Shown one piece after another: positions 15,001-30,533 of a stretch of DNA of 64,000 nt. The translations under genes were made by a program, and so were the position numbers. Every line of letters begins with the position of its first letter. The first letter of the stretch is position 1. Source of the stretch: Tubiluchus corallicola (lineage: Eukaryota; Animalia; Priapulida); the NCBI GenBank assembly GCA_030141605.1, contig JAQGDQ010000001.1:2604001-2668000 (forward strand), given 5' to 3'. The notes under the pieces were generated by a model. It was not told the DNA's origin. It did no database searches and saw only the letters and a list, made by a program, of their open reading frames with translations.

Positions 15001-16285
15001 TGTTTTAAATCATCTTTTGTATTTAATCCCCTTTAGAAAGTTGGGATTAAAGTCTACGTGAAAGTTCGAAAAAATGCACAGTCATAAACGGCTGCATTTT
15101 TCAGACTCAGGTTTTTCCCTGTTTTCTTTTTTGGTGACGCTCTTTGACAGTTACTATTTGAATATGTGAATGGCTCATCTAGTCATCAGCATATGGGAAT
15201 GTTTTATTGAAGTAGATGAATCGAAGTTTGATAATAACAGTAAATGATGTAAAAAAAATGTTTCTTGCCTCTAACATGATCACCTCATCCTGACAGATAT
15301 AAAACGCGTGTCTAGAAACACGTTTGAAATTCATCTTTAAAGATGTAGAGGATTATCTTAGCAACAAATTCAAATTATTTTTGCGACAAATTCTGTGACA
15401 AATACAATGTGACAAAGTGTACACATTGTAAAAGAACAGCTCATGTTTGCTATTATGTATGTACAACAATACTGAAAAAAATATTGGTAACAGATGGCAG
15501 AGGCGAAACATGTACGATATCAAAGTACAAGTAACTGTACTGCGTCTACAAAAAAGGCCCAAACTGCAAAAGAAGGTAATTCGCCAACAGCAAATAAGAT
15601 GTGAAAATCGTGACTCCGCGAGATCATTAAGTCAGTTGATTAGGTAAATAAATGAACTGATTTTAGAGTTTTCGAGTGGTGTACCGTCACTTAAGATGCA
15701 CCATGAGTTTGCTAAATCATTGTTTCAGGCTACAAATCCATGTCACTGGTGAAATGCTTGTGCGCCCAAAGATTTGTAACCAGTATTCATAGACACCAAC
15801 CACGTTCACGTCTGCAGCTTTGTGTCAATGGTCGAAATTTCGAGAATTACACCTCGAAACAGCTTCAGCAATCTAGTGGGGTGAATGCGATTCTATAGTA
15901 ATCAAAACCTTCATGTGTGAAGGTGGATCGTGGGCATCGTATTCCAGTAGACTGACAAAGAGATTTTGAAAATGAATCTCGTTGGTTCAGCTAGAATTTT
16001 GACTGTACCGGAATACTGAGCTTCTTCATGCTTTCATCAGAATACCTCCATTATTTTTTATGTAGCAGTTCAAACAGAGCGTTAACAGTTAGAACAAGTC
16101 GTACCTTTTTGTGTAGGTAGGTTATCTGACAAATTGCTCGGAACAATTTATTTGCAAAATCTTACACAAATGATACATGAATTTAAGTGTAGTAAATCAA
16201 TGGGATAATAAAATGCAAATTGTGTGCACAAGTGGCCTGCAAAACAATCCGTGCATGCAACAGCTGAGACACGTGAACTCTAGAT

Positions 16286-16734
16286 TTCTTCTTCCCAGCT
16301 TTTCCCTATTCGGGGTCGCCGTTGTGAATGAGTCTTCTCCATGCATTCCTGTTGTTGACCATCTCTTCGTTTATGTCTTCCCTTCCCACATGATCGTCAC
16401 CGACTCTTCTTTTCAGGTGTCCATACCATCGCAATCTTGCGAGGCTTCCAGTACTTTTATACCGTTCCTCTGATATTATTATTTCTAATTTTATCTCTTC
16501 TTGTTATTCCCACCATCCATCTCAACATCCTCATCTCCACCACACCCATTTTCTTCTCTTCGGTCTTCTTTAGAGAAGGCCCATAGATTAGAGCGGGTCT
16601 GGCCACTTCTTTGCACTCACCGACTCATTCATAGAAGGTTTTGGCGCAGTTTTTACAGGCGGATGCCCTTCCTGGCCCTAACCCTCACTATTTATCCGGG
16701 CTTGGGACCGGCACTGAGTTGGGCTGGCTAGGTT
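16286..16734 (-). mobile_element. Internally deleted (bipartite) non-autonomous RTE-clade retroelement with 15-bp TSD
   Basis: Minus strand encodes pieces of an RTE ORF C-terminus ([36 protein letters not shown]; RLRWYGHLKRR; NRNAWRRLIHNGDPE*) and ends in a short (GAA)n tail. The 5' part carries CAGGAAGGGCATCCGCCTGTAAAA, which I recall from RTE 5' regions. TSD: ACGTGAACTCTAGAT (16271-16285) and ACGTTAACTCTAGAT (16735-16749). Confidence 0.85.
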
Positions 16735-18722
16735 ACGTTAACTCTAGATATAACCTTACAAAATGCACTGGCACAAAGACTGGGTGTGGCACTGCAAGAG
16801 AACTCATTATGTATGGCAGAACCTCGGCTATGGTACATAAAAACAGTTTATGGCATCAAGAAGGTAACAAAAGTATTTTCAAGAAAATCTTAAAAGCAAA
16901 TTATTCTACATCTACAGTAGCAATTTATATATCAGCTAACGTCAGAGAGTTTGTTCATTGCTCTGATCTTTATATACTCTCGCAGCGTTTTGTATTTCGA
17001 TATTATTATTAGGTTTTCTGATCTTATTTGTTCCTGATCCTAATCAGTTGTCTTCTAACCTGTTGATGTTTCCTCTTCCGATAGGTTTGAGTCATTTAGA
17101 AAAATGCTTCTCAGCGATCGCCTGCTGGAGTTGTCTGTCAGTCATAGCGTCTTTAACTTTAAATTTTACTGGAAAATTGGAAACCATTTAATCATCCTTT
17201 TTTCAGTTTCGTCTAGTATCACCTTTGCTATTGTCATCTCAGCAAACAAGGCGGAACAGTAATATCACGATAAAAATATTGCGATCTCGTCAAGTATATG
17301 AGCATTTCGTTCGTTGTGAAGCTCTTCACTCTATTTTATTTCATCTCTTTAACGAACCTTTTGCGCCAGTGTGTGTATTTTATTTCAGTGCGTTTAGCAA
17401 CACCTTCCGTCTTTGTATTATGAAGCTAGTAAAGCTATGCTCATCAGATTTGTCACGCTGAGCCAACTGTTCGATAACGAAAATTTCATACTCTGAAATG
17501 CGAAATTGAGTTGAACTGTAAAACCCACATCAAGATCAAACATATGGAATTGCTTGACGCCGTCGGAATTCAAATTTGCCGTCCACTCGTTATTAACAAG
17601 AATTTTGGACGATCTAAATGTAGACAAGGTGAAACAATTTCTGTTTGATCTCTTTATTCTTGCATATAATTGTCACGTATCATGCATCAAGCGTAAACGA
17701 ATCAAAAGATGGACAATACACTAAAAATGTGATGCAGAATTAGTATTTATTGAGCTTCACTGATATTGCAGTAACAGCTAGTATAAAGCACTGTACTTTG
17801 CTCTAGTGATTATAAATTTCGTCGAAGTAAAAGTTATGCTTATACATTGACAATTTACTCTTTAGTGTCCTGTGGGTTAAAGGATTTCTAGATCGAATTC
17901 CATTGTGCCAAAAGAGCTCTAATCCGCCTTGAAGGACTAAGGGTTAACCGAAAAAGCACAAGTGGAAGGTAAGCACAAGGGACACTGTCAGGAACTGAAA
18001 CATTTTTCGCGTGAGAGCTCTTGCATGTATTACACAGTTAACCAGGCAGCTGAAATGGGACTAATGCAGCGGACGGCCTGTCACCATCTAAATGCTCTCA
18101 AATTAGACTAGATCCATTAGAAATTATTGGCGCACATTGCTTCTAACAAAGTGAGCTTAATGTTATAGCATGAAAGAATATATGGTTGCATCGTCCGCGT
18201 TTGACTGTACAAATCTCCTTCGTTATTTTGCAAAGCAGCTCAGGATTATACGAGTTTGTATTCAACCGAGAGCAAAACAAAGTCATAACGTAGCGCGCAA
18301 CTAATAAACATATGACAAAAGTATAACCAATTCATTGCATAATACTGGGTTTGTTGCTATGGAAACGCTTCCTGTTGTGACGGGAAAATGAAACTATAAT
18401 TCGGTCTTTTGAAAAATGGCAAAAAGCACGCGATAATAATTCTAAAATGAATACTTTCATCAAGTATTTACTATTTACTAAACTCGCTTTCTTCTCTCCT
18501 TTCTTTGTGCTCTCTCTGTCTTATCTCTCTTATTTCTCTCTCTCTCGTTCTTTTCTCTATCCCATCTCTTCTCTCCTTCTTGTTCTCTGTCTGTGTGTCA
18601 ATATGTCTACCTATCAAGCTTCTTACCAGCCGCCTGTGTGCCTGTATGCCTAACTACCTAACTGTTTACCTGACTACCTGCCAATCTATCTCTCTATTTA
18701 CCTATCATTCTCACCGTTCTGT

Positions 18723-18725
<3 letters not shown>

Positions 18726-18788
<63 letters not shown>

Positions 18789-18801
18789 TTTTCTCTCTCT
18801 C
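18726..18801. repeat. (CT)n microsatellite
   Basis: Directly visible. Confidence 0.95.
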
Positions 18802-18812
18802 GCTTATATATC

Positions 18813-19026
<214 letters not shown>

Positions 19027-19246
19027 TTTCGTTTAGGAAATAGTCCAGGGATAATACTTAAGTAACTGAATACCTATTTCCAAGGTGGTACCGATTATTA
19101 TTACCCGCATATTACTTCGATAAACCCGCGTGCTTGGTCGAAGAACCAGTGGCACCGTTTAGAAAGTCTTTGGTATGAATCGGTCGGGAGTTGAACCCGC
19201 GACCTCCCAGGTGGAAGCGTGCACGCTACCATTGAGTTACGCCACC
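19027..19246 (-). mobile_element. tRNA-derived SINE, probably Meta-SINE-like
   Basis: Minus strand: A-box TAACTCAATGG (19239-19229), B-box GGTTCAACTCC (19197-19187), then CATACCAAAGACTTTCTAAACGGT, which resembles the Meta central domain as I recall it, then an (ATT)n tail. Confidence 0.75.
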
Positions 19247-22105
19247 TAATATACGCTCGTACATTCTTATATTCCTATATTTTCTGGTTTTTGCTTTATT
19301 TTTTCTATGCATTAGTTTTACCTTTCTTCGACCTTATTCCTTTTTGAGTTTCTCTCCAGTTTTCGCCAATTTTTTCTTCATGTAAATAAAAGATTCCTCG
19401 GATCGCGGTGCATCGACCAAAATATTCTCATAAAAACAAAGCCAAAGAGCGCGTATAATCACTTTGACAATTTGCTTTTCTGGATGATTTGAATAATTGT
19501 CGTGGTTATGTTTCTCGTGTCACAGGTAAGCTGACTTCCTGAGGGCTCAGGTGAACCATGTGCAATTTGTCACTATAATGTCGCTCATTATTTAGGAAGA
19601 TCAAGAAAAATGTGGAGATGTCTTTCGCGCGCACAGAGGTGGATTTTGTATGCAATGTTACAATACGTGCCTCTTTTTGGTAAGGCTTAATCAAAATAAA
19701 AACAACGAAAAAAATTATATGCATGTAAACTGAGAAGCAACTAATGCTATTATCTCAGAGGCTGAAAGGGGAATCCACAAAATCCTGTAAATATTGTTGT
19801 GTTGTCATGTTCAGTAACATTACCAGCAAAAGCCAAGTCGTGTACATTAAGTTCATTAATTAAGCTACACAGTAACCATTTGCGTTTACATAATGCATTA
19901 TTCACGTCTGTCAAATTCGATGAAAGCAACCTGGTTCCTGTATGTTAGTTGTAATTGGCGCGAAATCACTTTAAGCAACTTTCTGTGCGCGTGTGTGAGT
20001 GCGCGCGTGCGTGTATATTTTATTTATATTTATTTCATTTCATTCGGCACATGTCCGTCTCAAAACTTCAAAGCTTCATGCATTTTAAAAACTTCAGCTC
20101 CTGGATTAAGGAATCTCTACTTTAGTTGAATATTATCTTTATTTTAATTAAAATGAACAGACAAAACGAGCGTTTTCGATATAAACGCATGCTAAATTAC
20201 GCACTTACTATGATTATGATATATAAATATACTTATTAATTTATAGTAAATTTGGTGTACCCTGGATTACGTATATGCTAGGAAATCTGACAAGTATGAT
20301 GTGAAAAACAATGCAACGAAAGGAAGAATGCAACAAAGGAAAGAGCGTGATAGAAAGGAGTAAAGAAATGTAGAAATGAATAGAAGGAAATGAAATCTCC
20401 TGTGTTCACCATTTATCACAACATTACATTGCGATGTGTGAAGCACTTATCACAGTACCGGTTTTGAATTTGATCAAGATATTATGAAATTAACTTATTA
20501 AATAACTTCATCATCGATTGCCCCCAAATTAATAATGTGGACCGCTGTACCAAGCAAAATGACGTTTAATACGACTGTAGAGTTAATAGGTTTAAACAAT
20601 TCTTGAAATTCCCCATTGGCCTGAAAGACAATAGGAAAGAGACAATAGGACCTAAATATGAAAGCATTTGTCGAGACTTGATACTGCATGCTAAAATATC
20701 ACAACCCAGTCTTTCTTCATTCACCTAACTGTTTTGGCAAACAATGTTTTTGACAAACGCTGGACTTCACTCTCTCTTACATTTTTATTCAGAAAATTTA
20801 TAGTTTTGTAAATTAATTTGTAACATTATAATTTCAACGTCAGTCTATCCACTTTCCTTGCAATTAATGTTATTTAAAAGAGTAGTCCACGCTTTTTAAA
20901 TTAGTTTACAGGCATTGTGCTTTTATCCTAAAAATGGTTTATTTTTTGACCTATTTCATTTATACCAAAAAACTAGTATTAAACTGAAGTAATGCGCCCA
21001 CTTTTCTTTTTTACGTCTAACTTAAATACTCCTCAGTTTTCATGCTTCGCTGATTAGGTAAGTGCTGGAAAAAGTGGCAGTCCATTGACGAACCTATTTG
21101 CTTGCTGGTTACAGGAATTGAAAACAGACTACGACCATCATTGTTATTCTGAGCAGATCAGGTCGCCATTTTGAAAGGCGCGTCAATTTACGAGTTAATG
21201 TGCTCGTGTTAACTTGATCACTCACTGTCGGATGCCTTTCAGTGTAAGAATGTTTTCTTGAATGATCAAATTAGTTCAAAAACATCTGAGCCTAAATAAT
21301 ACGCGAACGTTCCGTTGCAAACAAAGCACTGCTAGTTTTGTCCTTTAACTTTGTGTTTTAAACGTAGAATCGTACACGGTGGCTCAAAAAATGTTGTAAT
21401 GCATTTGCTGAGCAGTTTTGATGTAAAATGCCTCACCAATATATATATATATATATATATATATAGGCTTGCGATTAAAACACGGTTAGGAAGTGAAAAT
21501 GAGCGTTTGTACTTGGCTGCAGCTTCTGTATTAGCCACGTGCATCAGGAATGCAGGCTATTTACGCTTTAACTCTTATACACGTATCAGTGATTGCTGAA
21601 TAGGACGTTTATTTGTTAGATATTAAACACCTATTATAAATAATTACAAATGATACAGACCATAATGGCTTCTTGCAGATTAATGAGCGTAGTTTTAGTG
21701 CGTCAAGAACACATTGACTTCATTTAGTCTTCATGAAGCTGCAGAAACAAACTTGTTCGCGTGCCTCGACAAATGAGTTATGATACTGAATCTAATACAG
21801 GTGATTATCTAAGTTATGATATGTAATAACAGTGCGCTGAAATGACTGCGGTAAAATGAAAATAAATTGACTTCAATGTTCAAAGCGCCGTTTCGTTCAG
21901 TCAAAGAAATTGAGCGACATTTTATTAGTTTACTCTTCCGCCATTTTCTTTCCATTCTCAATCCTGTCTTACTCCTTATTTCATTCTTTGTTTGTCTGTT
22001 TATTCCTTTGTGCCGCCTTTTTTCTTTCTTCGTTGTCTTTTCCTTCGGTTCCCCTTCCGTTCTTCCTTTCAATTTTTTCGTTATTTTCCATTTTCCTTCT
22101 TTTCG

Positions 22106-23093
22106 AACCATTTAATATAACAAACGGTGTTAATCAAGGAGGCATGTTGTCTGCTTATCTTTCTGCTGTATGTGTAGACAACCTGACCGACAACTTATCT
22201 GACCTAAAACCTGCTACATGCAAATTGGGTAACCTTAGTATAAATCATCTTTTATATGCTGATGACTTGTGTTTAGCTGTCTCTATATAAGCATTACAAG
22301 TATTTTAAATGTTAGTTCTAGCTACCCTAATAATCCTGGCTTGATTTCTAATCGGCCTAAAACGCATTGTATATATTTTATTGCGAATAATATGCGACAT
22401 ATCGCTCATAGCTACGTATTGAAATCTGCGTTAATGTGACAAGTATCTTGGTCATGTACTTTCTAATGATCTTTCTGATGATTTGGATATAAATAACCAG
22501 AATCGTTTGCTAATATCTAGATCTAATATGTTATTAACTAAATTTAACCCTTGTTCAAAACATGTGAAACCTACGCTATTTCGCTCGTTCTGTAACAACA
22601 TATACTGCAATAACTTATGGGTTAATTTCAAAGTATGCAGTTTAACCAAGATCCGCGCCATTAACAACATTGCTCTTCACAAGTCTTTCACATGTTATGC
22701 TTATGATACGTCATCTTCTGTACAATATATGCAAAAAACAATATAAAACATTTCAAAGTGCTGTTGCGCCACTCTGCTTATAGTTTAAGAAGAAGATTGA
22801 CTGGGTCCGCAAATTTGATTGTAATTATATATACCATCAAACTGATGTGCGATTTTATAGTAGAATATTTAGAAGATGGCAATGATTTATTGATGTAGTA
22901 ACTGCTAACTTTTTAACTGATGCTTTGTATTTTTAATTTCTGTATATATCTTTATTATATTTTTTTGTAAATTTTCGCAGCTCTTTTAATAGATACCTGG
23001 CATGTAGTATTTCTTAGTTTTTAGTATAAATTTTAACTTTTATATGGCATTTATATGTGCTGAAATAAACATTAAATAAAAAAGATAAATAAA
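22106..23093 (+). mobile_element. 5'-truncated, decayed non-LTR retrotransposon (RT remnant, probably RTE-X-like) with 3' UTR and A-rich tail
   Basis: RT motifs TNGVNQGGMLS, NHLLYADDLCL and KYLGHVLSNDLSDDLDI...RSNMLLTKF...CS..VK..LFRSFC...Y...LW, broken by stops and frameshifts. Ends in GCTGAAATAAA plus a (TAAA)-like tail. Sits inside a pyrimidine-rich tract. Confidence 0.88.
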
Positions 23094-26000
23094 ATTTTCT
23101 TTGTTCGTTTTTTCTTTTTTCCATCCTGCCTGTTCTTTCATTTATTTTCTTCATTCTTCCCACTTTCGTTCTTCTCCTGTCTTCTTCCTTCCCCTTCCTT
23201 TCCTGCTTTTTTGTATTGTAGAACCGCAAAGAATGAGCTTGTAGTAAATACTTAACTTATAAAGCAAAAACCCAGTTTGCTTCCAAATCCTCATTATTCT
23301 GACCGTTGTGGCTGCCAAATTATTTACGCAAATTTTAAATATCCCGACATTAAGATACATTCATTACTATCAGCAATATCACTTTTTAATAAAAAAAGCC
23401 AGCTCCATAACTGTAGTCATTGCAAAATGTAACCAGTTTTTACCTGAAATAGTTTCAATGTGATTTTAATATGGCCTCATTATGTGAATTAAGATTTAAA
23501 TTTATTTTTTAATTTTATAATATACTGCTTGTAATTGTGGAAACTATGTTATGTGCATTTTACAGTGTTAGCTTGAACAACATAAACTAAGGCAACTAAG
23601 CTATTTATCATTTGTTCATAAATTACTTTGCTATAGTTTCTACATTGCTTTCGTTTTCTTCTTTCTAATTTCTTCTTTACTTTTTTCGTTCTTTTCCTTT
23701 CTTTGAACATATTGTCCTCTTTCTTTTCTTCTTTTAATTTTCTTTTCTTTTTTCTTACCTAATTTGGCTGCTTCATAAGCAGTTTAGCTACTTTTTACAA
23801 TGACAACCGACGACAAAAAAATTTGTCCTCATTTCTTTTGTTGACAAAAATGTCAAAACAAACCATGTAATATATTCATGGAACTTCCATGTTATCACAA
23901 AACATTACAATCGTTCATCTTTGAAACAACTTCTTTGTGATATTAGTTGCAATACTGATAAAATATCATGTCCTCTTTTTCTGCTGATGTTTATGGCTCG
24001 CTAATCAGCTAAGAAAGGGATTTTCTTACACAGTGCATGCGCGAGGAACACAATAAAATGAAAGCGCGGCACGTATAGGAACAAAGGAATGCTTAAATAA
24101 CAGATTTGCGGCTTTTCATAGCCGCATTCACACAATTTGATTTATCAGTAAACTTGAGAAGCTGTTCAAAAGGCTTAAAGTATGTTTTCAATTAGTTTTG
24201 CGATGAAGGCAAAGTCACCTTCGGCTAAAGACAAACAAAAATTGCGATTTTGCCTTTGCATATATAGCAGCATATGAAGTCAACATGCTGCGATTTAGGA
24301 ACAAGCAAAAGAAATGAGTAGAGTTACAAATGACACCTAAGATTACAACAAGGGTCACAAAAAACGTTCAAATCTCGTTAAAGTTTGCATGGCCATTAAT
24401 TGTGCAGATAGTGTTGCTGTAATTCGACTAAGACCACTAACACGTTCGTAAATAATACAAAACACATCGTAGTTGCGGCTGAATTATGTGCTAACAGATG
24501 TTAGCTTTTGATGTCGGAATTGCATTCCTTCTTTTGCACGCGACGCTGCCGACAATGTGGATGTATAAATTTTAAAATGCGGTTGTGTATATCAGTAACA
24601 CAAAAACATGCAAACACATAGAGGGGTTTTAAGCTCTTAACTTTTGTGGTATAGTTCATAAAAGAGTACGGTAGGATTTTTTTCACTTTCTAGCGGGCTG
24701 TGTGTTAGGGGCTTGCATCATTAAAAATATGTTTCATAATTTGAATGCAACTTAAGGATAATAAAAATTAGCCACACAAGGGGATTTTTACTGTACCTGA
24801 AAGAATTAAAATTAAAATTGACTTTGTGACTTACTGATAATGCATTAATACATTTAAACGAATAATACATTATAAGCTTCGCATTGTATAAGTTAGCTCA
24901 ACAGAAAGCTTTTAAATTTGTTTTTGTGCACGACAGAAGCGTTTATTGTCATTTTAGTTTATCTGTAATACTATAACAGTTCGCTAAATTTGTCATCAAA
25001 AACTATTCTATGATCATTTTATTTTGCATTGGTGAAAAGTGACAAGATGCTTAAGTCAAGTAAATTAAAGCAAAACCGGACCCAATGTTAAACTGCAGGT
25101 TAAAACAACCTATTCTTTAAAATATTGAAAGGAAACCTACTATTTTTAAAGGATGACTTACCTGTAAAACCATTATTACCACACAAACGCAATTTCCCGT
25201 TCGCGCCACCAGTTCTTCGCTGTTACCTGCATTTCGCCATTCGCTAGTTACACGGGCACTAGCGCATGCATTTCAGAAAAGCATTACACAAAAAACAGGC
25301 GCTGTACCTCTCAGTTCAGATGTGTTAGTTTGTGACGAACTGCACACTTTCGACAGCTCAGACACGTTCGACACGTATGAGTACACCGGTAAGTTTGACA
25401 TGTGAATGTATATTTAAACTTGCCAAGTTTTATTACAACACACTCAATATCTTACAGTAGCACTGTACTTTGCCCGTCGTTGGGGTGGTATATGAAAAAA
25501 TCATCCTGTCTTCCTTTAATTAACTTACTGCTCATATTTTCTACTTGAATATGGTACAGTAAAGTGATACTAGTACTACAAATTTACAGTAACAGAGTAA
25601 ATTACTTATTTAAAATGAAAACTCAGGGTGCATATAGCAACATAGAAATATTATTGCACATATAGTGTCTATACTTGTATTTTATGCATGTGCAGAAAAC
25701 GTGGTTATTAGCGTAATCAATGTAAACGTGCACTGAATATGTACAGTATGCCAAGTAATAACGTTCGCAACTGCTATGATGGACCGCTGTAGCAAACGAA
25801 CATAATCAGACAATTGCCATTACTGTTCTTTCTTTATTTTCAGCAAGGCAAACGCCATGACCACTATTTTGGTCCGGTGTTCATGAAAACTCGCAATTTA
25901 ATCATTATAACTTACGAATAAATTCAGCATGTGCGTTCATTCCATTATCAATAATAATTTTAGAAATAAGATTATGAATATTTATAGTTGAAGACAGGGC

Positions 26001-29000
26001 ATCGCCGTTTATTAGTTTTTGTCACTACAAAACACAATGTTCTTAGTTAATTATATGGTGATTGTAAAATACACAACTTCTAAGTGGCATTAATGACACA
26101 TGCAACTATCCCTCCCTTGGCTGTACATTTCGCAAAATTCATTAGTTTTCTTTATTTGAATAAAATAATTATAATTCTACTGTACGGCGATTATAAAATT
26201 CACTGCATCCTGCTGCCTGAACTAAAACGCTGTCCTGACTTATTGTTGTATTTTAACGTCATAACGTTGTATGGAAATTCCGTGCTAGGAAAAATATAAT
26301 TTGCGAAAGAGATTGAATGTGGTCTCATAAGCAGTAGTTAATTTAAAATTGTAATAGACAACTTGCGAACGCACACATTTCAATTAAATTGGCACATGGT
26401 GAGACACGATACTACTCTGAGCCTCTGCGCATCAGTGCGGATTTCGGTTTATTAAAACTAGAATCGCCCTTTGCGATCAAAAAAGAGAGTCCAAATTATT
26501 GACGTTGCATGCACCTAATTTTAATCAAAATGGAGGCTGGTCACATGTGCAGTGGTCACATGGTCACATTATGTACAGTGTGTAAACTCTCGTATTATTA
26601 TTATTTTATTGTCAAATAAGAAAACAATATTACTATGGTTGATGTGGAAAGTTTATATTTATTATGCTAATAGACAACGTACCATGTGATATAAATGATA
26701 AAAAGACATAATCTTCCAGAGGATGATAAAACCAATTTGCTTCCAGTAGAAGCAAGGATCTGTATTAATCTGAAGGAGACTGTTAATTATGACCTTTGGT
26801 TGAAATGTGTAGATTCTATTAAACTGTGTTAATTGTAGGGGGGGGGTAATAAAATCTTATTATCGTTTTCTATTACTGAAAGCTTCAGGTTTGCTTGTAA
26901 ATACAGTATATTTTTATTTGTGGAATTATAATATCTGTTGATGTCTGTAATACTTCGCTATCTATGTTCGTCATTTCTGGTGTCAAGAATAAAGCACGTT
27001 TTATGGATAAAATTTGATAATGCCAATGGTGTTTTGTACTTCTACGAGCCACACATGTTAGACATGCCACTATACCATGCCAGTGCAAATCTGTATGGGA
27101 TTTGTCATTGGTTGTCCATGCATTAATAAATAATCTATAACCTACATTCATACTAGAAGCGCAAACTCGCTAAAACCATTTTCAAACAGGGAATTTCCAT
27201 TACATCTCCAAATACTCGACCTAACCCGGTTCAACAGCAGTGGTTTTTCTCTTGGACTCTTACATATGTGAAAGTAGGACATTACGAGAGCGAACGATCT
27301 TTGTTGAGGGTGTTGAAGTTTCGGTTAATGAAGTTGCATGCATGTGCTGAGGTTGTGAACACTAATATAGTGAAGTTGGTTTACAAGCTCTAAATATATA
27401 TGAGGAACGAGAAAGCGTCAAACACATAGCATTTATCCACATAGTATTTCGGTTTTTAACCTTATGTTCGATTACTCTGTCGCACTTTCGTACAGTTTCT
27501 TTTTATTTCATTTTATAATAGTTTTCAGCACGGATCGCCCCCTCCCCTTTAATTTACTAAAGTTGGCAGCAAAATCTGAATTTGTTGCAGCTTCAAAATT
27601 TTTACTTCCTTTTCTTTCAAAACTTTTCCTTTCCTGGGTCTAGATGTCCAAAAAACCATTTTCGTTGTTGCTGCCGGTCCACAATCCAGAGGGCATGATA
27701 GCCACAATCTTATCGGGCTCTTTTTTTCCAATAAATATATTCCGTTATGTCACAGCATGATCAGCTATGACAGCCAAAGCTAGCTAGCCAGGTGACATAC
27801 GTCCTGGGTACACTCTTCACGTTAATGATTTCCATACTAAAACGTCCTGATGCACAGACTCTTCAGATTTAAGATTTCGGTACGTTAAACGTTCTAATGC
27901 CAAATGTTTATAGTTAAATTCTACCAGTCACGTATGCAGCTAACGCTGTTGGTTCAAAATTTATGACACTTATACACAGCCACGTATCATGAAGAGATTA
28001 GTACCGCAAAATTAATGTAGGGTGCCTAAGTGTATCCATTAAATAACATCCTTCCTATAAGTCTAGAAACTGTATTCTACAGTGCACTCGTTCATATTTT
28101 TGGAGTGGAGCTCGCGTTCTTAAAAGTCATTTGAAAGCGTATTAGCAAGCATATTAACTCTCATCGGGATTTACAAGTTTTTTTTTATATTACGGTTCTT
28201 TATTTTTTGGCCAGGCTTTATTTGAGCAAATTCCTATTAAGCACCATGTTCGACTATGTCTCACGGATCAACCAATGCGGAGTAGAGAATTAGCTCAAAC
28301 CTTATCCGTTTGAACTTTCTGAACTCGCAGGATTACTAGACAAGAATTGGATTGATTAGCATTTGACGAAAGCAATTATAAGATGACAAGGACAAATGAC
28401 ATTTTCTGTACACTGAATTTCCTTGATATTATACAGCTTGTGCCTATTCAACGTTTACTTTTTATCAGAAGAAAATTTTAATTTAAACAGCTTTTCCAGG
28501 CACCTTGCAAGAATAGGAATAAACGTGATATTTTGACCATTATCTTGTATTTTTTCAGCCCAGCAAACGGGTTTGTTAAATTGTGGAATTGTTCCGGTAT
28601 AAAATGATTACCGAGACGCTAAATGCTTTCTGAAGCAGTACATCGAACGCCACTTTAGTGGGGAGACAGCGTGCTGTGTAGTAAAGCTCGCGATTTGTTA
28701 GCTTCGTACATTATTTTGATAAAAAGGTCAAAGTACACTATTGTTCTTCTATGCATACATTTTTAACGTACATATTAGTAATATGCCTAATATTATCAGT
28801 TTATTGATTACTTTAATAAAAGGGGCAAAGTGTGCTGTTGTCGACCTTATACACAATACATTTCAAGAGCTTTCAATCATTAATGCGGCAGGTAAACTGC
28901 TCTTAACTGTAGTTGCTTAAAAGTAACAGTAGCGATACTGATACATATTACAGAGATTTAGAGATTTATTCACACGGCTAAAAAGCTAACCTGGGCCTCC

Positions 29001-30533
29001 AAGAAAATAAATCTTTGCTCGTGACATCTCCCAAAGGCTTTATGAAAGGATGATATTCTCATTAAGACAACTCTGTGCATTAAGTTCAACGGTCATAGAG
29101 TCCATCATAAGTTTCACTGGCCAGAATAGAGCCCCACCAATATTATAAAAAGAATTGTTACATGCAAATTTCAATTCGAATCACGTTGTTGTACGAATTG
29201 TTTCCTTTGTCTATCCAATCATGCTTCCAGTACTGACTACACTGACTGGAAGAGAAGCTGCAGAAAACGAGAAAAAGGAGATAAAGAAATATGCGATGAC
29301 AAAAATGAGAGAGATGAGAGGCTAAAGAAGAAACGGTGACAGCAGACAGACAGACAGACAGACAGATAGACAGACAGAACATTCTGAGGGAAGGATGGAC
29401 GACACACAAAGGGCAGAGGACGACACACAACGGGCAGACATGCAAACAAACAAGTAGGAATACATATATATAAGGTCCAGAAGTTCCTTGCAGAAATAAC
29501 TTACATTTGGACAACCTGGAGAAACATAAGCACAATGATGGAAGAACGAAAAAATGTCCAAATGGTCTGTGCAACGCAAAATATTTACAATTAAAAGACC
29601 TCCGTTGACTAAAATCAAAAAGGGTATAGTTTGGCATTCTAACATCGTAATTTTCCATTAGAACAGACGAACAATTTTAATGTTCCGTGACACTTCCGTG
29701 TCACTAAAACAAAGATTCGAAACCTGTTTTATATTGCCCGAGTGGCGCTTGGGATACCCGCTTCAAAGTGTTAGCAGTTTTTGAAAGGGGCAAAAGGGGC
29801 ACATAGAGAGACGAGGAGAGAGAGAGCGGGGGAAAGAAAGAGGCGAGAGGGAGAGCGAGAGAGTATGTGGAAAGAATGCGCAAAATAAACGTGGGGAAAA
29901 TCTGTATGATGGGCGAGAAAAAATTTGAATTCCGTTGTGTATACTGTCAAGTAGCATATTAATTATGCGTTATAGCCAGGCACTAATCGAGCTAGAGCGG
30001 TATCTATTGCAAGGTAGTATTGTGAAACCTAAAGCCGATTAGCATAACAGAGATTCTTATTTTCCTCACGAAGCAATTTTCTAACGCAACATTGCTTAAG
30101 GGACAGTTTTTCGCAATCTTTCCCACTTACACAAATTCGCAGAGTGGCAATATTTGCTAAGATCTGTCGATTTTCTGCACTTGTGGGAATTGTTTAAAAA
30201 TTTGTCTGTCACGGAATATTGAAATATACCAAACTGCACACATTATTGATTTGCAGTGGGCGGGCTGTTATTCCATTATTTGTGGATACTCCGTGCTTGA
30301 GTAGGCACCAGCTGTAAACTGGTTGATATTTGGAGCCGATGAAATGATATGTGGCGTCGTCCGAGATGCACACACAAAAACACTAACAAAATTGATACGG
30401 TAATATTCTGGCATTATTAATTTTTTGTTTATTGTAATGTGGATGGAAATCAGTATAGCCACTTAGTACTATGTAAATATAGCTACTAGGTATAAGTACA
30501 CTATATACTTATACATCAAATCATAAGGACGGA

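Noticed and set aside
19175-19246. Functional tRNA gene
   Set aside because: The stems do not give a convincing cloverleaf, and it continues into a SINE body and tail.
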